DNA from: Planctomycetota bacterium
Lineage (GTDB): Bacteria; Planctomycetota; GCA-002687715; DRQF01
Direction of reading: 5' to 3'
Length of the DNA: 23,816 bases
Assembly: GCA_036479435.1 (NCBI GenBank)
Contig: JAZGFI010000070.1
Span: 1 to 23,816 of the forward strand
In this document: piece by piece, positions 1 to 7,998 of the stretch
How positions within the stretch are numbered: the stretch's first letter is position 1
Layout: every line of letters begins with the position of its first letter
Made by a program: the position numbers and the translations under genes
Notes under the pieces: generated by a model
Databases searched by the model: none
The model's input: the letters and a program-made list of their open reading frames with translations, nothing else
Told to the model about the DNA's origin: nothing

Positions 1-30
1 CGGGCAGTCCACTCGGTCCTCATCACTTAG
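1..30 (+). CDS. Possible C-terminal tail (RAVHSVLIT*) of the intron-encoded RT/maturase
   Basis: Frame 1 is open from the window edge to TAG 28-30, 17 nt before domain V, where intron ORFs normally end. Only 9 codons are visible. Confidence 0.45.
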   Translation, partial: RAVHSVLIT

Positions 31-121
31 CGAACCCGTCTAACGAGGAGCCGGATGCGTCAATCGCGCACGTCCGGATCTGTGGGGGGCTGGGGAGAAA
101 AATCTCCCTGGTCTACCCGAC
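1..121 (+). mobile_element. 3' end of a group II intron (domains V and VI; the rest lies upstream of the window)
   Basis: Domain V at 48-80 (GAGCCGGATGCGTCAATCGCGCACGTCCGGATC) has the AGC catalytic triad (49-51) and an AC bulge (70-71). Domain VI stem 84-98/103-118 has an AAAA loop and one bulged A115, 7 nt from an AY-type 3' end (…CCCGAC at 121). Confidence 0.9.
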
Positions 122-126
122 GACCA

Positions 127-161
127 AATTCTCCCGGTTAGCGCAGCTAACCGGGAGAATT
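127..161. repeat. Perfect 16-bp inverted repeat (hairpin; terminator- or REP-like)
   Basis: AATTCTCCCGGTTAGC (127-142), GCA loop, GCTAACCGGGAGAATT (146-161). It overlaps the stop codon of the epimerase gene. Confidence 0.8.
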
Positions 162-1133
162 AAGTCTGACGCCGTATAGCAGCTTAGCTTTGAGAGTGTC
201 TTGGACGATGGTTTTGAGGGGGATCTTGGCCTCGAAACCGGTGAGGGCCTTTAGTTTTTCGAGCGCGGGAACGCGGCGATGCATGTCTTCGAATTCGGGG
301 CCGTAGGCTTCGGAGTAGGGGATGAGGCAGATCTGAGAGGAACTTTTAGATTCAGATTTGACGAGTTTGGCGAGCTCGAGGATGCTCACTTCGCGGTCAG
401 AACCGATGTTGACGACTTCGCCGATTGCGCGATCACAGCGCCGGAGCCGACAGAGAGCTTCGACCGTGTCGTCTACATGCGCGAAGCATCGGGTTTGCTG
501 GCCGTCGCCAAAGACGGTGATGTCTTCGCCGGCTTGGGCTTGCCGAACGAGGTTAGGCAAGACCATGCCGAAGCGGCCACGTTGCCCGGGGCCGACGGTG
601 TTGAAGAGGCGGCAAATCGTAACCTTGAGACCGTCTTTTTCGTGCAAGCCCAAAGCCTGCCATTCGCCGCTAAGTTTGGACGCGGCATAAGACCAGCGCC
701 CAACCCGAGTGGCGCCCATCGTCAAATGGTCATCTTCGCGAAAGGGCACTTCGGCACTGGGACCGTAGACTTCTGAACTCGACGCAAAGAGGAGGCGGCA
801 ATTGGCGGCGGCGGCAGCACGAAACACCGTTGTCTGCGTCAAGAGATTGCCCTCCATGGCGCGCACCGGATTGTCCATGACCAGCCGAACGCCGACCGCG
901 GCCGCGAGATGGACCACTTCATCGACCTGCCGGCAAAGGCCTTCCATCAACTTCGGGTCGCTGGCGCTGCCGACAAAAGTCTCGAGTTGAGGCTGGCCTT
1001 GCCAAGGCGCGAGGTTTTCGAGACGGCCGGTGGAAAGGTCGTCGACGACGACGACGGACTCGCCCGCGTCCAACAATCGGCCGACGAGCCCTGATCCAAT
1101 AAAACCTGCGCCGCCGGTGACCAAGACTCTCAT
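147..1133 (-). CDS. NAD-dependent nucleotide-sugar epimerase/dehydratase (extended SDR)
   Basis: N-terminal VTGGAGFIG Rossmann motif, HLAA, ASSSEVYG, catalytic YAASK (YxxxK), RLFNTVGP, GDGQQTRCF. Confidence 0.95.
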   Translation of the reverse strand: MRVLVTGGAGFIGSGLVGRLLDAGESVVVVDDLSTGRLENLAPWQGQPQLETFVGSASDPKLMEGLCRQVDEVVHLAAAVGVRLVMDNPVRAMEGNLLTQTTVFRAAAAANCRLLFASSSEVYGPSAEVPFREDDHLTMGATRVGRWSYAASKLSGEWQALGLHEKDGLKVTICRLFNTVGPGQRGRFGMVLPNLVRQAQAGEDITVFGDGQQTRCFAHVDDTVEALCRLRRCDRAIGEVVNIGSDREVSILELAKLVKSESKSSSQICLIPYSEAYGPEFEDMHRRVPALEKLKALTGFEAKIPLKTIVQDTLKAKLLYGVRLNSPG

Positions 1134-1273
1134 AGGCTCAGCCTATCTCTCTTTGCTGATGACTCATAGCTGTCGATGCCTTGGAGCGCCAAATTGGCCC
1201 ACATCTTCCCGACTTTTCGATTCTCTCGCGGACGGCGTTAGGATGGAGCCGCCGAAATGTCGAGGAAACCCCC

Positions 1274-3199
1274 ATGCGACGCCAGTCTCACAATCCGACC
1301 CAACCGCTCCTCGTAGCCGCAAGACGGCGGGCTAACCCCCGCGGCAGGGGGCGGCTCTTTTCGCTGGCGAGCCTAGCATGGGTGGTCTTGTTTGGGGTTC
1401 AGTGTGACCAAAACCGTCGCCCTCAGCCCGAAGTGGTGGGGGCCGTGGCCGGCAGCCAGGGTAGTACCCGGCGACTCGGACCGGCGACGGAAGGTGCGGA
1501 GCGCGCGGGCTTGCGCGAGCCGAGGCCCGACCTTTCCTTTGTCGATGTAGACGGCAACAAGAGCAGCTTAGGCGCCGCAGCCTCGGGCAAGCCCCAAGTT
1601 ATCATCGTTCGCGAAAAAGACTGCCCAGTCTGCAGGAAACAGGGCCGCTTGCTTTCGCGGATCGAGAGTGAGTGGTCGGCGCGGGGTGTCAGTTTCTTGT
1701 TTTTGAACGCTAGTCAACTCGACACAACGGCCGGCGTTCGGGAGGATCGCGACACTTTCGGATTCAAGGGGCCTTACGTTCACGACTTAGATGCGAAAAT
1801 CGCCCAGGCCCTCGTGGCCACGAGCACGGCCGAGGTGTTTTTGTACGACGCGGCTGGCATCTTGCGCTATCGCGGCGCCGTCGATGATCGCATCGGGATC
1901 GGCTACAAGCGTGAGACCGCCAGTGCTCACTATCTAGTGGATGCCATGACGGCGGTGTTGGTCAAGCGCCAACCGCTGGTTGAGGCGACGACGGCGCCGG
2001 GTTGTTTTCTCGACTTTGAAGAAGTCGTGGCCGGGCTCGAGAGTCCGCTTTTCTACGAAGACATCGTGCCGATTCTTCAGCGCGCCTGCCAGACTTGTCA
2101 CCGCGCCGGTGAACCCGCTCCCTTTCCCCTCGTGAGCTATGATGATGTGAAGGAACATTCGGGCATCATTCGCTTCGTGCTCGAAAACGGCAGCATGCCA
2201 CCATGGTACGCCGACGATCATGTCGGCGGTCCCTGGTCGAACGACCTGAGGATGTCAGCTGACGATCGCGCAAGCCTCCTAAAGTGGCTCGGCGAAGGCA
2301 TGCCCGCGGGCAATCCGGCTAACGCACCGTCAGCATTAGGGCCCTCGACCGGCAAGATGATTCACAACCCAGATCTGATCGTGAAGATCGAGCGCGTCAT
2401 CGAAGTGCCGCCAGAGGGGCTCTACCAGTACGAGTACGCCCTAGTTGATCCAGGTCTTGATCGCGACCGTTGGGTGGAGCGGCTGGAATTGCGTTCCATG
2501 CATCCCGACGCGATCCACCACATCTTGCTGTTCGAACAACCCGTAGGCGCCACTGTTCCCAAGGGGCTAGCGCGCTACTATTTGGGGTTGAAGAGTTTCT
2601 ACGGCGTTTTTTTGCCGGGCTGTGAATCCATCGACTATCCACTCGAAACTGGAAAACTGATGCGCAAGGGATCGCGCTTTCTGTTCCAGCTACATTACAA
2701 CGGCAATGGTAAGGCGGTGCAGGATCGTCCCGAAATGCGAATCGTCTTCGCCGATGAAGAGCCAGCACAAGAGCTACGTTGCGACGCCGCTCATACTGTC
2801 GACATCAACATTCCACCCTACAAGGCTGACTACCCAGCTGCGGGGGAGTTCGAGATGCCAGAGGACGGCAAGATCTACAGCTTTCTCCCGCACATGCACA
2901 TTCGAGGCAAGTCCTGCGTGATGCGCTTGACCTACCCCGATGGTCGCGTCATCAAGGCGCTGAGCGTGTCCCAGTTCGACTTCAACTGGCAGCAAATCTA
3001 TCGCCTCAAAGAGCCCATTTTCGTTCCGAAGGGGACGAAGGTTCGCATGGAGGCAGTCTTCGACAACAGCGCTGAAAATCCCGCGAATCCGGCCCCAGAA
3101 AAGTGGGTCGCTTTCGGGCTGTCAACCTACGACGAGATGATGGTGGGCTACTTCGAGTGGGTCGCCACCGATGCCAAGAGCCAGGGCAAAAAGAACTAG
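1274..3199 (+). CDS. Secreted or membrane-anchored protein: redoxin + haem-c motif + copper type II monooxygenase-like (PHM/DBM fold) domains
   Basis: The likely start is ATG 1274 after GAGGA (1262-1266), rather than the TTG at 1181. Motifs: Arg-rich n-region plus hydrophobic stretch ending VQC; thioredoxin-like CPVC; LRYRGAVDD; CQTCH haem-binding motif and MPPW; Cu-ligand-like IHH, QLHY, PHMH and DEMM. Confidence 0.85.
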   Translation: MRRQSHNPTQPLLVAARRRANPRGRGRLFSLASLAWVVLFGVQCDQNRRPQPEVVGAVAGSQGSTRRLGPATEGAERAGLREPRPDLSFVDVDGNKSSLGAAASGKPQVIIVREKDCPVCRKQGRLLSRIESEWSARGVSFLFLNASQLDTTAGVREDRDTFGFKGPYVHDLDAKIAQALVATSTAEVFLYDAAGILRYRGAVDDRIGIGYKRETASAHYLVDAMTAVLVKRQPLVEATTAPGCFLDFEEVVAGLESPLFYEDIVPILQRACQTCHRAGEPAPFPLVSYDDVKEHSGIIRFVLENGSMPPWYADDHVGGPWSNDLRMSADDRASLLKWLGEGMPAGNPANAPSALGPSTGKMIHNPDLIVKIERVIEVPPEGLYQYEYALVDPGLDRDRWVERLELRSMHPDAIHHILLFEQPVGATVPKGLARYYLGLKSFYGVFLPGCESIDYPLETGKLMRKGSRFLFQLHYNGNGKAVQDRPEMRIVFADEEPAQELRCDAAHTVDINIPPYKADYPAAGEFEMPEDGKIYSFLPHMHIRGKSCVMRLTYPDGRVIKALSVSQFDFNWQQIYRLKEPIFVPKGTKVRMEAVFDNSAENPANPAPEKWVAFGLSTYDEMMVGYFEWVATDAKSQGKKN

Positions 3200-3202
3200 G
3201 CC

Positions 3203-4192
3203 TTAAGCAGTATTGCCGCCGCAGCTCGATCCCGCCCCCGCCGTGCAGCCGAAGCAATGGGATTCGAATCGAATCTGGCGCTGTGAGTACCGCGATTCGT
3301 CGAAAGAGAACACATCGGCCGCTTTGCCCGCTAATTCGACCGGCAAGTCCAGCATCTGGTTGAAGTCGCAGTCAAAGACCTGTCCCTTGTAGTCCACGCT
3401 CAGCATGCTGCGACACATCAAGGCATCGACGGCAGTCGGGTTGAAGGCGCCCATGAGTTTTTCCATGTACTCGTCGTACTTGCCGCGCCGCTCAAGGTCG
3501 GATCGAAAGCGATTGACCGGCATGTTCGTGATCGCGAACAGTTGGTTGAACTCGATATCGAACTGGTCTTTGAGTTCTTTGCGATAGTCGCGCTCAAGGT
3601 CGGCTTGCGGCGCCGGGAGGTAAGCCCCGATGGGGTTGTAAACCAGATTCAAAACCAAGCCTGAGTCTTTGCGACCGTAGCCGAGGGCGTTGAGGCGGCG
3701 AAGGCCCTTGATGCTTTTTTGGAAGACACCGCTGCCGCGTTGTTTGTCGGTGAAGTACTCTTGGTAGTAGGGCAGCGAGCAGATGACTTCGACCGCGTTC
3801 TCGGCGAGGAAGTCGGGAATCCAGTCCATCGATTCCGCCGTTTGTGGATGGGGATCGTAGGTGACCGTCAAGTTGTGCCGCACCATGACGATGGCATCGA
3901 TTTCGGGCGCGCGCGCTCGCGTGACAAGCTCGCGAAAATCGGGATGCAACTCGGGAGCTCCCCCGGTGATATCGAATCTGGTGAGCGTGGGGGTCGCCGC
4001 CAGAATCTCAAGGCAGCGCTCAATAACCGGTCGCGACATCATCTCCGTGCGTGCCGGCGATGAGTCAACGTGACAGTGCTTGCAAGCTTGATTGCAAAGC
4101 TTGGTCAGGTTGATTTGCAAGACTTCAGACGGCCGGGGTCCCGCAGAAAGCGAGGCTTGCGACAGTTGCGCGGTGAAATCGTAAGCGCTCAA
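3203..4192 (-). CDS. arsS: ArsS-family radical SAM / Cys-rich C-terminal protein (arsenosugar biosynthesis type)
   Basis: LQINLTKLCNQACKHCHV (CxxxCxxC), DITGGAPELHP, DKQRGSGVF, LNLVYNP, LMCRS, DCDFNQML, and C-terminal HCFGCTAGAGSSCGG. The TTG start overlaps the upstream stop and has a GAGGAG SD. Confidence 0.9.
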   Translation of the reverse strand: MSAYDFTAQLSQASLSAGPRPSEVLQINLTKLCNQACKHCHVDSSPARTEMMSRPVIERCLEILAATPTLTRFDITGGAPELHPDFRELVTRARAPEIDAIVMVRHNLTVTYDPHPQTAESMDWIPDFLAENAVEVICSLPYYQEYFTDKQRGSGVFQKSIKGLRRLNALGYGRKDSGLVLNLVYNPIGAYLPAPQADLERDYRKELKDQFDIEFNQLFAITNMPVNRFRSDLERRGKYDEYMEKLMGAFNPTAVDALMCRSMLSVDYKGQVFDCDFNQMLDLPVELAGKAADVFSFDESRYSQRQIRFESHCFGCTAGAGSSCGGNTA

Positions 4193-4521
4193 GCTCCTGA
4201 CTCCTCAAGTCCCTTTAGCATTTGGACCCCGTGGACCAGGGTGATGCCCGCCTTCATCGACGCCGCGACGTGAATCGCCTCCGTCATCTGGTCGGGATTG
4301 GAACCGGTTTCAAGGCACTTTTCGGTGTAAGCATCAATGCAGTAAGGGCATTTTTCACTGTGGGCGACGGCGAGAGCAATGAGGGCTTTCTCGCGGCGCG
4401 TCAAAGCGCCGTCCTCGTCGATGACGGCGCCGTAGTAGGCGAAGAACTTCTCCATCAACTCGCCGCGAAATTTACCGACGTCGGCGAATCGATTGAGGTC
4501 TTCTGAATCGTAGTAGTTCAT
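4189..4521 (-). CDS. AhpD/carboxymuconolactone-decarboxylase-family peroxidase-like protein of the type found next to arsS
   Basis: GALTRREKALIALAVAH..KCPYCIDAY (CxxC), EAIHVAAS, GITLVHGVQM. It has 4-nt overlaps with both neighbours. Confidence 0.9.
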   Translation of the reverse strand: MNYYDSEDLNRFADVGKFRGELMEKFFAYYGAVIDEDGALTRREKALIALAVAHSEKCPYCIDAYTEKCLETGSNPDQMTEAIHVAASMKAGITLVHGVQMLKGLEESGA

Positions 4522-5630
4522 GATTCTATTCCAATTTCGCGGAATCTATCGGGCAAAAACGGCCGAATCTCGGGCAGAGTCTCGCCATCGATAGCGGCCG
4601 CCACGAGCCGACCGACCTCGTAGGCGCAGCTCACGCCGTGCCCTCCGAGGCCACAGGCCAATTGCAGACCGGGCAACTCCGCAACGGGTCCGAGGAGAAA
4701 GTGCCCGTCGGGGCTAAAGCTGCGAAGTCCCGCCCAGGAGTCCAGCAACTCGAACTCTGGAAGATCGGGGAGCCACTCACGGCATCTTGAGCGCAAGCGT
4801 CCCGCCATCTTGCCGTCGACGGCGGCGTGGCCGGGGGCCTGTTCGTCGCCGTCACAGATGCACAGCAGCAATCCCGATCCCTCCGGACGGTAATAGAAGC
4901 CGTGGTCGATGTCCCACAAGTAGGGGGCGTCGGCGGGAATTTGGCCGAGTTGGTCGCTTACGAAGATGTGTCGGCGAAAGTGTTTTAGCTGCGGTCGACT
5001 CGCCAAAGGCAGCCACTCCGCCGCCCAGGCTCCGGCGGCGTCGACGACGGTTGAGGCACGGTAGCTGCCGTCTTTTGTCTCGACGCCCGCCGCCCGGCCA
5101 TCCTTCACGACCAGACCGGTGACCTCGGTGTGGTCCAAAAACTGGGCTCCGCCGCGCTGAGCCACGGTCCGAAAGTGGGCCAGGACTGAATCGACATCGA
5201 CCACGCCGTCGCCGGGAGAGAAAATACCTTGGCTGACTCCCGGCGGAAATTGCCCGTTCATCCGTTCCTTGATGAAACTGCGGGATACCAAGTTGGCGGG
5301 GCTCCCGACGGGAGCGGCCTTTAATAGGCGCTCAAGGCTCTCGATCGGTCCCATCAGAAAAGAACCGCGGACTTCGAAGGCGATGGCGCCTTGTTCGGCC
5401 AAAACGGCACAGGCGCGGGCGCTTTCGGTCGCGAGACGAGCGATGGCCGCGGACTCCACGACCTGGCGAATCATCCCCGCACTCTTGCCGGAGGAGCCCA
5501 GGCCCGCTGCTTTTTCGCGCTCCAAAACCAGGACCTCACGATGTCCGCGCAAGACCAAAGCGTGGGCCACGGCGGCTCCGGCGAGGCCGGATCCGACAAT
5601 GATGGTGCTGGCGCGGCCAAGGGTCGACAT
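4518..5630 (-). CDS. FAD-dependent oxidoreductase (DAO / sarcosine-oxidase-beta-like family)
   Basis: IIVGSGLAG dinucleotide-binding motif, SSGKSAGMI, VVDAAGAWA, WAGLRSFSPDG, ACGLGGHG. The start is reassigned to ATG 5630, which has an AGGAG SD; the ORF track extends to 5711. Confidence 0.9.
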   Translation of the reverse strand: MSTLGRASTIIVGSGLAGAAVAHALVLRGHREVLVLEREKAAGLGSSGKSAGMIRQVVESAAIARLATESARACAVLAEQGAIAFEVRGSFLMGPIESLERLLKAAPVGSPANLVSRSFIKERMNGQFPPGVSQGIFSPGDGVVDVDSVLAHFRTVAQRGGAQFLDHTEVTGLVVKDGRAAGVETKDGSYRASTVVDAAGAWAAEWLPLASRPQLKHFRRHIFVSDQLGQIPADAPYLWDIDHGFYYRPEGSGLLLCICDGDEQAPGHAAVDGKMAGRLRSRCREWLPDLPEFELLDSWAGLRSFSPDGHFLLGPVAELPGLQLACGLGGHGVSCAYEVGRLVAAAIDGETLPEIRPFLPDRFREIGIES

Positions 5631-6047
5631 TTTGGGCTCCTGTTTAGGCGATCTTGCGGAATCCGGACCGCCGCGGGGCTTCAACGCTGCCCCCAGATGG
5701 GGCCTTCGCAAGAGCCCGTGATCCTATCTTGAGACAGGGCCGAGACTTTTGTCTGCGAGCGGCCAGCGAATCTCGGGCTGATTTGCGAAAATCCTCCGCC
5801 CTTCATCCCCATGTTGCCATTGTGCGATGGGTCGAGGCTTCGATCAACGGCCCTAGTTTTCGGCCGAATACGGCTTTTCGGTCACGAACCCGCGCTTCGG
5901 CCCTTGGTTCATGCGGGTCCGATTAATATTAACCAGACGCAATCTGTGTCCTTTTGCGGCCCAGATGCATCAGCAAACGCGCCGAGGATTGAATTTCAGC
6001 TTCCAGGCGCAGAATCCGGCGGGGTATCCCGCTGATCGGGGATATCG

Positions 6048-6893
6048 ATGCGACCGAATTTCGACTACTACATGGCGCGTTTGGATGATTGGCCTTTTGA
6101 GGTCGGTGTCGATCTTTCCGTACGCGAGGCGGTGCCGATTGATGGTTTGCAGTTTCGGCTGCACGTCCGCCTGGGCTTGAACAACCCCTCCGATGACGGT
6201 CTTTCGACCAAAGAAGAAGACGCCCTGTTGGCTCTCATCGAAGATGAGATGCTGCACACTTTGGATTCCGCCGACTATCGCTTCGTTGCGGCCGTCACCC
6301 ACCGTAAGGCACGGACCTTGGTGTTCTACTCGCGGCACAGCCAGATGGAAGGCGAGGCCATTCACAAAGTCCTGACGGACGCGAAGACCCACAACGCCAA
6401 GGTTATCTCTGAAGAAGACCCCGAGTGGACGGAATACACCGACGTTCTTTACCCCAACGAGGAAATGCTCCACCAGATCATGGACCGAAAGGTCCTGAAG
6501 GAGTTCGATCGCCGCGGCGATGATCCCGCCTCCATTCACGCCATCGAGCCCTGCTTCGTCAATCTTTGCGAAGAGGGCGTCGAAATCTGCCGTAGCGGCC
6601 TCGAAGCCGAGGGTTTTGTGGTGACGGACGTCAGTGAGACCTCTCGCAATGGGACGGGTGCCAAGGAGTTTTCCTTGAAAGCCCGCGTGAAGTCGCCGCT
6701 GGGACTGGCGATTCTCGACGACTTTCGTCACAGCTGGCTGAGCATCGCCAAAAAGGCCAAGGGTTCTTACCGCGGCTGGAGTTCCGAACTCGTGCCGATT
6801 TCCGGGGATAACAACGACCACGGCCTCGGCGGGCACCTAGACGACTTCCCGGACCCCGTGACTTCGGGCGAATCCGACGAAGACAAATCCTAG
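6048..6893 (+). CDS. DUF695-like protein with a C-terminal RraB-like domain
   Basis: DDGLSTKEE..L..IED, R.LVFY, EDPEW..Y..VLYP and RRGDD motifs typical of DUF695/RraB proteins; acidic tail. Confidence 0.7.
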   Translation: MRPNFDYYMARLDDWPFEVGVDLSVREAVPIDGLQFRLHVRLGLNNPSDDGLSTKEEDALLALIEDEMLHTLDSADYRFVAAVTHRKARTLVFYSRHSQMEGEAIHKVLTDAKTHNAKVISEEDPEWTEYTDVLYPNEEMLHQIMDRKVLKEFDRRGDDPASIHAIEPCFVNLCEEGVEICRSGLEAEGFVVTDVSETSRNGTGAKEFSLKARVKSPLGLAILDDFRHSWLSIAKKAKGSYRGWSSELVPISGDNNDHGLGGHLDDFPDPVTSGESDEDKS

Positions 6894-6895
6894 CG

Positions 6896-7249
6896 ATGGC
6901 GAAGAAAATCGACTGGGCTTATCTGCGCAAGAGTTGAACGTCTTGTTCGCGAGCTCAAGAGTTTCTTGAAGCCCAAGGAATCGCGATGACGATCATTGTC
7001 GATGCGCGGCGCGAGCGCTTCGACGAGGGTGCCGCTTGGACGCGTCTAAAGGGAGCGAGTCGAATTCGAGTCGCTAAAGGCAAAAAGATCCTCGAGTTTG
7101 GAAATGAAACCAAGCTCGACCGCGACGCGCTCATCAAAGCCGTCATGGGTCCCTTCGGCAATCTCCGCGCTCCGACTTTTCTCTTCGGCAAAGAGGCGAT
7201 CGTGGGTTTTCACGCGGACCTTTACGCCGACACTTTTTCCCCACAATGA
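6896..7249 (+). CDS. ArsC/Spx-like thioredoxin-fold probable selenoprotein, 117 aa, Sec at codon 14 (TGA 6935-6937)
   Basis: ATG 6896 lies 2 nt after the upstream stop and is in frame with the 87-aa ORF at 6986. It reads MAKKIDWAYLRKS-U-TSC-SRAQEFL…, placing UxxC at the ArsC CxxC site. The C-terminus GNLRAPT…IVGF matches the ArsC/Spx consensus. Confidence 0.88.
6953..6972 (+). promoter_or_regulatory. Candidate bacterial SECIS hairpin
   Basis: GCTCAAGA-GTT-TCTTGA(A)GC. The apical loop starts with G then U at +24/+25 from the end of the TGA, similar to the geometry of the E. coli fdhF SECIS. Confidence 0.6.
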
Positions 7250-7998
7250 ACCTCATCCTGCTACGGGATGAAGAGCTCTTGGGCCCGGACCGCGCCCGCT
7301 TGCGCAACGACCGGGCTCAACACCTCATTGGCGTGCTTGGCTGCGAAGCTGGTCGCCGCCTGCGGGTGGGGCGACCCGACGGTCCACTGGGGTGGGCGGA
7401 AGTCGTCGAAGTCCGCAAGGCGGCTGCTGAAGTCGAACTCCGCTTTGGATTGGAAGGTGCGATTCCTGAGCGCCCCCGTTTCGACCTCATTTTGGCGATG
7501 CCGCGTCCCCTAGTTCTGCGTCGTCTACTCGAGCATGTTGCGGCGCTCGGGGTTTCGCGAATCTTGCTGACCAACGCCGCCCGCGTTGAGAAGAGCTACT
7601 TTCAGTCTGCCTTACTAAAAGAAGCGGAGTACCAGGAACATCTGCTTCGGGGTCTTGAGCAGGCGGGCTGTACGCGAGTACCGCGCCTGGAGGTCTTCGA
7701 GAGGTTTCGTCCTCTTGTCGAAGGTCATCTAGATTCTTTGCTCGGCGGGGCGCGGCGCCTGGTGGCTCATCCTCGATCTGATCGGCGCCTCGCTACCGTC
7801 AAGTTTACGGCTGGCGAACGCGTGGCACTGGCGATCGGGCCGGAAGGGGGCTGGCAAGATTTCGAGTTGGACCTTTTCGCGGGCGAGGGATTCGAGGCGG
7901 CGAGCCTCGGTAGGCGTATCCTACGGGTCGAAACCGCCTGTACTGCGGCACTTGCGCAGCTCGACATTCTTGTCCCCAGCGCCGCTCATTCTGGGTGA
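7246..7998 (+). CDS. rsmE: 16S rRNA (uracil-1498-N3)-methyltransferase, SPOUT family
   Basis: HLIGVL, ELRF, LILAMPRP, ALGV, GLEQAG.T..P, IGPEGGW, LGRRILRVETA. ATGA overlap with the upstream gene. Confidence 0.93.
   Translation: MNLILLRDEELLGPDRARLRNDRAQHLIGVLGCEAGRRLRVGRPDGPLGWAEVVEVRKAAAEVELRFGLEGAIPERPRFDLILAMPRPLVLRRLLEHVAALGVSRILLTNAARVEKSYFQSALLKEAEYQEHLLRGLEQAGCTRVPRLEVFERFRPLVEGHLDSLLGGARRLVAHPRSDRRLATVKFTAGERVALAIGPEGGWQDFELDLFAGEGFEAASLGRRILRVETACTAALAQLDILVPSAAHSG

Noticed and set aside
5970..6836. 288-aa minus-strand ORF
   Set aside because: Antisense shadow of the DUF695-like gene, which has family motifs and operon coupling.
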